Assembly: GCA_013115145.1 (NCBI GenBank)
Contig: JAAPAO010000406.1
Coordinates: 1 to 32,290 of the forward strand
Direction: 5' to 3'
DNA length: 32,290 nt
Origin: Perkinsus chesapeaki ATCC PRA-425
Taxonomy: Eukaryota; Protista; Perkinsozoa
Shown in pieces: positions 22,560-32,290 of the stretch. The notes beneath the pieces were generated by a model. It worked only from the letters and a program-made list of their open reading frames with translations, made no database searches and had not been told where the DNA came from. The stretch's first letter is position 1, and every line of letters begins with the position of its first letter. The position numbers were made by a program, and so were the translations under genes.

Positions 22560-23933
22560 TCAATCGCCTGCTACTACCGATGAAGAAAACACATGTGTGA
22601 AGGTAAGGACGCCCAGAACAACAACGAAGATCAAGTAGGCCGAGAATAGCACCACGGCCTCCGTCCGAGTGAGATATGCCTTCGGGTATCCTTTGATAAC
22701 AGCAACACCATCAGTGAGAAGGAGCAGGCCAAACACGGCCACCATAATGACAATAGAAGTATCGAAAAGGAAGGATCCTCGCTCATCCACAGGGATCGAC
22801 CCGCCAGCCAGTGAGGCAACAGTCCAGGGCAGGCCAAGGCCGACACAGATGTTAATGATCTGTGATCCCATACAGGCTGAAGCTGCCATGGAGCCGTAGC
22901 CCCGGCTGGCAACTGTGATGGCATTGACCGTATCGGGTATCTCGGCCCCCATCGCCACTAGTATTAGGCCGAAGTAGCCCATGCTACCTGGCTGGCCCAG
23001 TAGAGTTACCCATCGATCGACAACAGTGCCGAGCATGAACGATGCTACTGTAATCCAGAGAAAGGATGCCAGGAAGGTTAACGGATAAAGATCCTCTCGA
23101 GGTTGATAGATGCGGCAGTCCGGACAGGTCTCATCGATGATCCACTTCAACGGGGCCATCAGAGCCACCACTAGACTTTTCGGGGAGGGCAATTTCTTTT
23201 TGCGTTCCCGGTTAGCATCTCGCTGCACCAAAGGCTGCGACAGTTGGGAGTCGTACCGCTCTCGGAAGACCGAGGTGGATTCCTTGGCGAAGACCTGTCT
23301 AGGATTGGCACCGTGGCTCAGCTTAAATTGCTTATACCATGCGTTGACCTTACGACCGTAGCACAGGACCAACACATACACAACATAAGTGAGCAGCTCC
23401 AGACAGGCGATGGCCAAGTCGACACCCATTCTCAGAGCCCACATTAGCAGGCCAAGAGCTATCATATAGAAACAGATGTCCCGAGCCAGAGGTCGGCGCT
23501 TCAAGGCCAAAGGGCGACCATCCACCATTACTAAGGTACACATTGCTGGTATAGCCAGGAAGGCTATAAGCCCACTACCGAGGATGGCACCGACACCGAG
23601 CTCGGCTTCGGTGACATCCTCAGGGTGATCTGTTCGAGATTGCTTTAATAAGGATTTTACTGTGGCTACTGAATTGACTGTTATTTCGGGCACTGCTCCG
23701 CCAAGAGCCATAAAAGTTGCCCCACCGACGTCCTCAGGGACATCCCAGTGGTCACAGAGGGTCTCCATGGAGTTACAGAGATGGTCCGCGGCAAACGATA
23801 GCATCCCAAAACAGTAAAATAGGATCACGAGCTCGAGGACTATACCGTACCAGGCATGGTCCAGGGCATCGAGACACATGCTCTCCTCAAAGTGGGATAA
23901 TGTACATGTAGCTGGCCCTACACCATCTGACAT
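22560..23933 (-). CDS. CaCA-family cation/Ca2+ exchanger, NCKX-like; intronless
   Basis: 457-aa ORF with two alpha repeats, GATFMALGGAVPE..GAILGSG and AMGAEIPD..MGSQIINICVGLGLPW, plus LKRRPLARD and multiple TM segments. Confidence 0.92.
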   Translation of the reverse strand: MSDGVGPATCTLSHFEESMCLDALDHAWYGIVLELVILFYCFGMLSFAADHLCNSMETLCDHWDVPEDVGGATFMALGGAVPEITVNSVATVKSLLKQSRTDHPEDVTEAELGVGAILGSGLIAFLAIPAMCTLVMVDGRPLALKRRPLARDICFYMIALGLLMWALRMGVDLAIACLELLTYVVYVLVLCYGRKVNAWYKQFKLSHGANPRQVFAKESTSVFRERYDSQLSQPLVQRDANRERKKKLPSPKSLVVALMAPLKWIIDETCPDCRIYQPREDLYPLTFLASFLWITVASFMLGTVVDRWVTLLGQPGSMGYFGLILVAMGAEIPDTVNAITVASRGYGSMAASACMGSQIINICVGLGLPWTVASLAGGSIPVDERGSFLFDTSIVIMVAVFGLLLLTDGVAVIKGYPKAYLTRTEAVVLFSAYLIFVVVLGVLTFTHVFSSSVVAGD

Positions 23934-24098
23934 ATTACAAAGGGAGTATAGGGGAACGGAGAGAGTATCCTTGGAGTATCTTGCTGACTTGGGCTCACTT
24001 CCATTTCCTCAACGCAAAAGATACGCTTTCAAACCGATCACAACTTGATTGTCGTTCTTTTCTACTTGTTCATTAATAGTAATTGTTAATTTATCGTA

Positions 24099-25174
24099 AT
24101 GTGCACTCCTCAGCACTTGAACGAAGCCTTACTGTTGACCTGCAACACTTACCACGAGCAGCTTCAAGATGAACGTCGTCGAACTCGTGAGCTTGAAGAG
24201 CAAAATCTTCAACTGAAGCGCCTCCTTACGGCCTGCCCAACCGTTCAACCAGAAGACTTCAGTAAGCCGCAATAAGCGTTATTATTGCATCCCGAGTTTC
24301 TCAGATTCCCGAACTCCTGAGCGCCACAACAGCGCACCGATGCTGACACCGGCGCCTGCCGCCATCGAGAACACTCCTACGATAGGCGGTGGGTACTGCC
24401 TTCCCGACCTACTCAAGCAGTTGGACCAGGAAGATGAATCCTGCATATTCATAGTCAGGAAAATACATAAGCTTCGGTAAGTGTCCATAAGGTTTTCTTT
24501 GCTCTTGCTCGCTTGACAGGTTTCAGTCAGCCAGTATCCTTGAGCACTATTTCTCTGGTTTCGGTGAAGTTAAAAAGGTCCTGCTACTCCCATGGAGACG
24601 GCAGAAGTCCGTTGGTCCCCATCCCGGCAAGGCTCGGTAGCCCTCAGTACCCTGCCCTGTATAATAGTGTTTGTTGTTCAGCCCTGCGTCCATGGGATTC
24701 ATAGTCATGAAGTCGGCTATCGCGGTTTCTAATATCCTTTCCATATCGCAGCACACCATCGCTGGTTGGCCCATCAGCGTTCAAGTGTTCGAGCGCCAAT
24801 CTGAAAAGTGTGGAGGTACGCTCGATCTCGTTGTGTCGTATCAGTGTCTCCTTTTAGATTCCAGACGCTCAAGTATTACTTCCGACTTCCTCTCTTACGA
24901 ATGGTCGTCCCCAGCGAGCACCGCTGCAACTCCGGCAGTCGACAACCAGCTGGCTCCTCTTATGATCGACCCAACCGGCCATGATTACTCCCCAGCGCTG
25001 TTCGCGGCGGAATCTGTGCTCAAAGGCCTGACTGATGATCTCATGCTCGGTCTCGACGGAACCACTAATTGCAGCGAATTCGTCACAAACCCCACTGATG
25101 TGCCTTCCATATTTTCTATACCTTTTATATCACAACCGGTGAATCCGGACTATCTCATGCCGCGGGAGCTCTGA
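24099..25174 (+). CDS. RRM protein (dinoflagellate/Perkinsus-type) with N-terminal coiled-coil
   Basis: Spliced CIFIVRKIHKLR-FQSASILEHYFSGFGEVKKVLLLP..RPASMGFIVMKS..HTIAGWPISVQVFERQ; N-terminal EQLQDERRRTRELEEQNLQLKRLL. Confidence 0.75.
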
Positions 25175-25695
25175 TATCTATAGTAGACGCTTGATCGTGA
25201 TGGATTAGTGCATAAGTCAAGTCCTTCACGGTGCTCTTATATACGCGGCTTAATGCATGCTATTAGGGAATGCCCATGCAGTTATTGTATAACTACTATC
25301 CTGGATTACTCAGCGAACTTCGCTGTCGTCGTCGTCGGTTTATACTATATATCAAAATGGTTCGTATTTCGGCCTATTGGCAGATATCCATGGTCTTCAT
25401 GTATCACATGTGTCTCTATGGGCACGTTTCATTACTACTTTATCGGTTTAGTTATATGGTAGTAAAATCAACGGTGGGGCTGCTGGGAATCATTCCCAAA
25501 ATTAAGGTGGCATGGGAGGAATATCACCTTAAGGCACCCCCTTGTTGTGGGGAGATTTCTAGCAGTAACACAGTGTGCAATAAGGGTTTCTGAAAAGGCA
25601 ATTTTACTCAACGCAATAAAGATACCAGAAAGAGTACACACCGAGGGAAACGTGGTGACGATAATGGTGGTGAAGCAATTTGGTATTTATAAGGA

Positions 25696-28600
25696 TTAAA
25701 ACAACCATCTGCTCTCATAGCCTTGGGCAACCTTTTCGAGATGCATACACCATCGACCAACGAAGACAGGAAGGATAAAATGGCACACCACCAGCAACAT
25801 TGACCATCTATGATATCCTTCGCTTTCGGGGAACCGCACTATAGAGAATAGCTCGTTGAAGTCGGGAGAAGCCTCGCTGGCCACAAAGAGTACAGTGGTG
25901 ACAGCGGCCACTAAACCCATCCATAATGGGCGATTTGCCTTCATGGACTTCATTGATGGTGGACCTTCATAGTTGGCTAAGAATGCAGAGAAGTGGCAAG
26001 CAGCAGTCTGGATGAACATCTGGGAGTTCAACAGTGTCGGCTCGAATGCAGAGTCGAGATCCACCGGCCCCTCGGGGGCGTAGGAGGCGGCTAACCTCCA
26101 TCCGGCAAGCATGAGGACGACGTGAATGGTCAATTGCAGCGCCAGAGAAAGTTGCACGCTCCAATGAAAGATACTCGTGACCGGCTTGAAAAGGGAAAGC
26201 TTGTTGGCGGGCTTTGACCGTCCCATAGCTGTGAAGATAAGGGAAACTGCAATGGCCTCCGTGGCAGATTGAAAGTCGCCGAACTTGGCACCGTGAAGGG
26301 TGAGGACGGAGAGACTGAAGGCACCGATGAGGGAGTTAAGGGCGAGAATCTTGTACATCTGCATCACCACCGAATGGACGGCCCTCCCACAACGCAAAAT
26401 GAAGGGAACACATTTGATGCATTCACCGCGATAAGTGAAGGGTGCGGCCACACTGGCGTCCATGCCCATCCGCGCAACCGGTGCTGCACCATGAAGCTCA
26501 GCTTCTCGGAGTTGAAGTCTACGCTTGCGGGAAAGGGGACCGGAGTCGGATGATAGGAGAGATATCCCCACGTGGGCCGCCTTGAGCGCACCGACATCAT
26601 TAGTGCCATCACCGCACATTAGAGTGATCTTTCCATCGGCCACCATACGCCTGATGACGTCCTCCTTATTAACCGGTGACATTCGGCTGAAGATGGTTAT
26701 CTTGGTCAAGTCAACATCGGGGTTCTCCAAAAGCAACGGGACCGATTTCCCCTGCACACAGAGGGTGTACCGATTGCTGTGGTCGAAGCCCCACTGGAGA
26801 GGCACGGTGTAATCGGCCGAATCGAACAAAGGGCTCCACTCTGTCGCGTCATCAGAGAGAATGAGCACTCCATCAGAATCGCCTGATTTGAGGCCAACAG
26901 CCTGGGCTACTTCACAGGACGTCGAGGGATGGTCGCCGGTGATCATGCAAAGTGGCCTGGAAACGTCATCAACAGTGTTTGAAGCTGCGCGGTGGCGTCC
27001 TTACACTTTGCTGCCCATCTCCTTCAAGTGCCTCACAGCCTTCATAGTGCCGGTCTTAACCTCGTTACGGAAGGCAATGAAAGCGATGAAGTGCAGGTTT
27101 CTCTCGACTTCGTCTCTGTCACTCACATCGCTGTGCGTGCTAACCCTCTTGTACGCTGCAGCGATCACTCGCAGACCTTCACCAGCTAGGTCCTGGAAAG
27201 TCCTGAAGTGGGCACGAATCGCAATAAGAAGTATGTAGCAAAGCTCACTCCTCGTAATCCTGCGGAACGTCTTCTAAGAGAGATTCGATCATCTCCGGGC
27301 TCCCTTTGCTCAGGATTAACAGCTCGCTCGCAGGGCCGTTTTCGTGCCTGACAAGGAGCTATATACAGGGAGCAGACCAATGAATCCTCCTACTTCATAA
27401 CGACGCTCATCCGCTGTAGTTCGCTATTGAAGGGGAACCGCGCCAATTGCTTGTACTTCTGGTTGCCGAACACTTGGAACGTCGGAGCATCGCCGCCAGG
27501 AAGGTATATAACTGACACCAAAACACTCAACAAGCGTTAGTAGGCAGCTCGGTGAAGACTATTATAGAGTAATAGGAATCCCATCAAGCAGCGGAAAGTT
27601 CGCTATATCAGCTTACCAGCCGCGTTGGTAGCCGTCCGGGCCGCAGTGAACATCGCTTGCTCAAGAGGATCTCCCACTAAGACTGTTGCTGCTGGATCTA
27701 CCGCTGTGAGAGAGTGACAGCAGGACAGTACCAAGTCAAGTAACCTGAACACACTGCTTTCACCGTAGCTGTGACGGTGAGCCTTACTTCCCAGAATCAA
27801 CCGTGCTCGCTCCTGGAAGCATCTTGGTGGCCTGAAGTGTCATCTCCCCGTTTGTAATGGTACCAGTTTTATCAAAGCAACATACATCAACCTGAAAGAG
27901 TGCAATGAGTAGGATTAGTAGAGACGATTAATTTTGGTTAAGCTCAAAATGCTCATATCCGCAGCTGCGAGGTCTGATTTAGATACACAGGAAGATATAC
28001 CCCCCTCTGCGACCCTCTGGAGCGATGCATCGAGTTCTGCTCACCTGGCCAGCAAAGGGGAGTCTGAAAGGCTCTGTGCAATAGACACTGTTCCGCATGA
28101 GATGACCGAGGCACATGGTAACCGCTATACTCATCGTAACCGGGAACTCTGGAGGGACAACGTTCGTTATTATATGGGTTAAAGATAGGAACAACTTCCA
28201 CCTGAAGAGAGCAACGTTGGTCGGAGCAATAACAACATGTAAAGAGTCCGCTTCATCCATTACTATCCCTTCTATTGTACCGCTCGCGTCAAGCGAGATA
28301 AAGCGTTGAAAAGGAGAAGGACTCGAGAGATTAATCCATGAACCTTTCATAGAGACTAGAATCGATGAAGCACTAGGAGGCAACCACAGCATCAGTGATA
28401 CTTCCCATTCCACTCGAGGGGATTTCCCACTGTCGAATAGCTGCAAATGACTATTGCATACTTACTTTGAAGGAGTGAGGCTTGGATTAACGACCAGACG
28501 GTAATAGGCAACGTAGGCTGATGCTACCAAAGCCACTGCTACCAACCCTAACAGGAACGTCGTGGCCTCTCGACTGTTGGTACCTATAATGTTAGATACA

Positions 28601-31024
28601 CACTATTAGCAGTGGCTAATAACAGTAATACCAGTCACTCTCTCTGAGGAGTACAGGATCGTTCTGACTAGCTTCCCTTGGACAGTGTCAAAGCCCGTCC
28701 GCAAAACATAGCAAACTGCCCCTTGCTTATAGGGCGCCTGAAATTCTCATTATCCTTGCCGTGTTCGAACTTCGAATCTTTACCTTCTTCAATATGCCAG
28801 ACTCGGGCGCCGTTGGTGGTTTGGTCAACACCAGTCTCGTGCCGGAGAAGAGAATGTTACCCTTGTGAGATCCACGGCAATCCAATTCAGTGTCAGGTGA
28901 CGATATAATAGATTCCTTCAAGCCCGGAGTGGACTCTCCTGAAAATACTCTAGCGGAGCGAAGCACATAAGTTTCATTTACCAGTCAACATAGATTCGTT
29001 CACTACAGCTGATGAGCCAGCCAGCAGCAGCATGTCAGCTGGAACCACCTAAGCGTGCATCTCACGCAAGAAAAAGATATTTCCATACCGGGTTGTTCAT
29101 AGTAACGCAAATGATATCTCCAGGGAGTAACCTATTGGATGGTATAAAGGTCCATCGGCCTCCTCGCACCACAGCGACTTCGTAGATTGGCGGTTTGATG
29201 GAGCGGATCTCGGACATGTCTCTGATGCGACGCTTTATCTGAGTTGCGGATGAGGGTACTACGGAAAGAGATGTTTATTACTGTCATTATCTCCAGCATA
29301 ACCAGAAGGATTATTGTCATCAAGGAGTAATACCAGTAACTAAAGCAGACGTTGAGCTATTTTGGATCTTGCACGGTGAAGCTCTAGATTCCCAGTGAGA
29401 ATTTCCCAAACTCCCTCGTACTCGTCAAAAAGCCATAACAGCCCGCAAATCATCTGAAAAACGAAGAAGGGTGCAGTGACGTGCTGCAGGAGGAGCTCTT
29501 GGAACTCTGGGATCTAAAAATGCACCCTGCCGGGATAGAACTCGCGACCTCTATTTCCGCACAGGCATATTAAGGTCATTGTCGAAGTAAGTCTCCTCTG
29601 CCTTAGACACCTCCTCCTCTGATAAACCTCTACTGTTATTATAAAAATCAAGTGTGTGGTGGATTGGGTACCTAACACGCCAATGATAAGATACTATGGA
29701 AGTTAGAGTATAAGGGTTAAGTGATGACTAGGGTACTCTACCAGATGTTGGATATTAAGGGAGCTAGAGTATAAGGGTTAAGTCATGACTAGGGTACTCT
29801 ACCAGATGTTGGATATTAAGGGAGTTAGAGTATAAGGGTTAATCGATGACTAGGGTACTCTACCAGATGCTGGATAGTAAGGGAGTTAATAGAGTATAAG
29901 GGTTAATCGATGACTAGGGTACTCCCTTTGCGTACATATATTTCTACATTATATCATTCCCCCATGTATCCATACCGTATACTACTTTGCTCGATGAAAT
30001 ATACCATCCTTAGGGTCCAAAAGTAGCTTCTTCCTCTCATAATCTATCCACACCTGTCCACCACTTTTTGTCTGTATTGGGCATAATAATGACTTATCAC
30101 ATGTCACAACTCTGAGAGCAAAAGGAATCATAATCACATAGGGAAATCTAGCGACCATTTAAGACTCATTCAGCGAATGTAAGCCTGCAAATTTTAGATC
30201 GCAAATCTTGGTCGATATGTACGTCAAAGGGTCCAATTCATATCTTCGGTGAGAAAACTTAGAGCTCGAGTAAGAGAAGTCAAAGGAGAAAGAGCGAAGA
30301 GGTGACGATGTGAAGGTGTTCGGTAAAAGGGGAGAAATGATATATTACTTAACATGGGTAACCTCCTTACTATATGTTGGTAAGGCTGTATACCCTATCA
30401 AGCATTGTGCTGTAACAGACCAGTGCCCCATAAGGTACACTAATACATGCGATAGACCACTGAGAACCTGAACATTGTAGACTATGTCCATTCTTTTCGA
30501 GAGTTCCCTTTCTCAAAAATGAGAAACCGCCACTCACTTGGCGGTACCATCAAGCCCATGGTGTTCGTACACGAACCAATTTTCTTAGGAATACAGATCG
30601 AACAGCTAAAATGCGTGAAACCGCCTCTGAGTCTCGTTAAACATTTTTCGACTGTCCAATCGTATTGAAAAGGGTCGTCAGATTTTCATAGGGCGACGTT
30701 TATGATTCTTTCTTTCGCATATTTCCCAGCTGAATTTTAGTAATATCGTCAGTACATTAACATCACAGTTTGAACCCCTAGGAAAATATACCGACGAATC
30801 TCTCCCTGATGATGATGATGCCCTGGAAATACTACCAAAGGAATGAAATGTTCCAATTCTCCATCATCCCTAATATCCACATAAGTGGCGAGCCATGCAT
30901 GCAATATGAACCATAGAGGGCCGTCAAGCCTATAAAGGAGTGGCCTTTCCTTGTAGAAGACGAAGCGTCTTTTATCAGACGACTGAGGCGTCGATGAATC
31001 ACCAACGCTATTGGGCTCGGCCAT
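25696..31024 (-). CDS. ATP13A1: P5A-type ATPase (Spf1/ATP13A1-like)
   Basis: [85 protein letters not shown]. Many short introns and a 1.25-kb final exon. Confidence 0.95.
29514..29562 (-). other. tRNA 3'-end-like sequence (sense) forming a 49-nt intron of the P5A ATPase gene
   Basis: Intron reads GTGCGGAAATAG-AGGTC-GCGAG-TTCTATC-CCGGC-AGGGTGC-A-TTTTT-AG. Flanking exons join as [15 protein letters not shown]. Confidence 0.4.
29701..29924. repeat. 61-bp minisatellite, ~3.7 copies, intronic
   Basis: Unit agttagagtataagggttaagtgatgactagggtactctaccagatgttggatattaaggg starts at 29701, 29762, 29823, 29884 (last copy partial, with a small insertion). Confidence 0.97.
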
Positions 31025-31292
31025 CCTCAACAAAAAACTGAAGCCTCTTGGAATAACACCTCTTAAACTGATGCAGTGGGTTTGATCAAATCTTGTACGA
31101 AATGCACGGGTGACCTTGAGATACCTTGTTGGAAGAAATAGTGCAGAACTCCTATTTGATAAATTAATTGACGACCCTGTTGAAACTAATTAAATCTTTA
31201 CTAGGAACTGAACACACTTCTTAAAAATAACACCAATAATCAACACACAAAGTGACACCATGAGATAAATATCTATAATATGATTTGCACCT

Positions 31293-32213
31293 CTATTTAC
31301 TGTATTTAGGGTGCTCTTTGGCACGCTGAGCAACATATGACTCCAGCCATCGAATCCCACGTTCATAGCCTTCAGGGGGAGTTCTATCAATAAGCATAAA
31401 AAGTCTTCTGCAATCATCAGGCTTCTTTGGGTCGGTTCTCTTAACCATATCTTTAGCTTCTTCTGACAAGTGTTTTAGTAGTGAGTAATCTTCTACAGCA
31501 CTAGCTCCTTGAAGGCGCACTTCTTTATTCATAAACTGCGAGCTGCCGCTGATATAAACTGTGGATTTTTCCCAGCTGAAAAACATATCACTGAGTAGCT
31601 TCTCATCCTCGGGAAAAGGCGGGTCCTCAACAAGCACAAATGAGAGCCCCCTCCAATGGGTAAGTAACGAAGTGGCTTACTCAGTAATGTAGGAGGGGCC
31701 GTCGATACTTAAAACCTCTCTAATCATCTTATTGCTTGTCATGGCGAATTGAAGTATGAACGAGCTACCATCCGTGTACACGCAAGTATCTCCCGCGGAC
31801 CGAATTCTCCCCGGGAGCTGAAGCAATGGTTGTTGTTAAGTTGAAAAGTGTCAGTAGGGTGGAAATGAAGAAAATTGAGAGTCGTTACGTGTGTAGGAGA
31901 GTTCGATACCATCTTCTTCAACTCACTCAATTCCCTCGTGAGGCCGGATACTGTATCCTAAGAAAAACGTGTGATCTCATAAACAGCAAGATGATATGGT
32001 ATCATGTATGATGTTATAAACAGGATCGAAGTATAACTTGATTAACCTTACCTCAACAGCAGTCATTCTACTTGACAGATCGGACACCTGAGATATGTCT
32101 AATATAAATGCAAATAGGCAAACCTTCATCGTTACCTCATCCTTCTTTGCAGTGCGTATAGCTGATACGATGGCTGCTGAAGATATGATAGCTTTAATGT
32201 TGAAAGATACCAT
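31293..32213 (-). CDS. Putative secreted multi-exon hypothetical protein
   Basis: Signal-like MVSFNIKAIISSAAIVSA, GT-AG introns (36-nt intron at 32088-32123) and a 114-aa terminal ORF at 31293-31637. Confidence 0.55.
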
Positions 32214-32290
32214 TTAATAAGTGGGGTTGGGAAATGCTGATGTATATTGAATTATTGGGCTAAGGTCAAATAGATATTTTAAAGGTCAGA

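Overview
Intron-rich eukaryotic DNA with short GT-AG introns, most likely from a Perkinsus-like alveolate. That assignment is inferred from gene density, ~30-60 nt introns, strand-blocked gene order and a myzozoan-type RRM protein. About 15 protein-coding loci are packed in directional blocks. Plus strand, 0.5-16.1 kb: JMJD7-like hydroxylase with a SAM-like tail, multi-cNMP-binding protein, RRM+LOTUS protein, TMEM42-like protein, two hypotheticals, DUF1152-like protein. Minus strand, 16.5-23.9 kb: thioredoxin, hypothetical, SpoU methyltransferase, putative secreted protein, intronless NCKX-like exchanger. Then a plus-strand RRM gene, followed on the minus strand by a P5A ATPase and a putative secreted protein. 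There are two intronic minisatellites; no complete tRNA/rRNA gene, CRISPR array or transposase was found. The most unusual signal is that three short introns in unrelated genes, plus one candidate intron, consist largely of a tRNA-like 3' portion (T-arm, acceptor 3' strand, discriminator A, T-run, no CCA). The clearest is a gap-free antisense tRNA-Val(AAC)-like 3' half, suggesting a possible family of tRNA-fragment-derived introns. All exon structures were assembled by eye, and the ends of several genes are uncertain.
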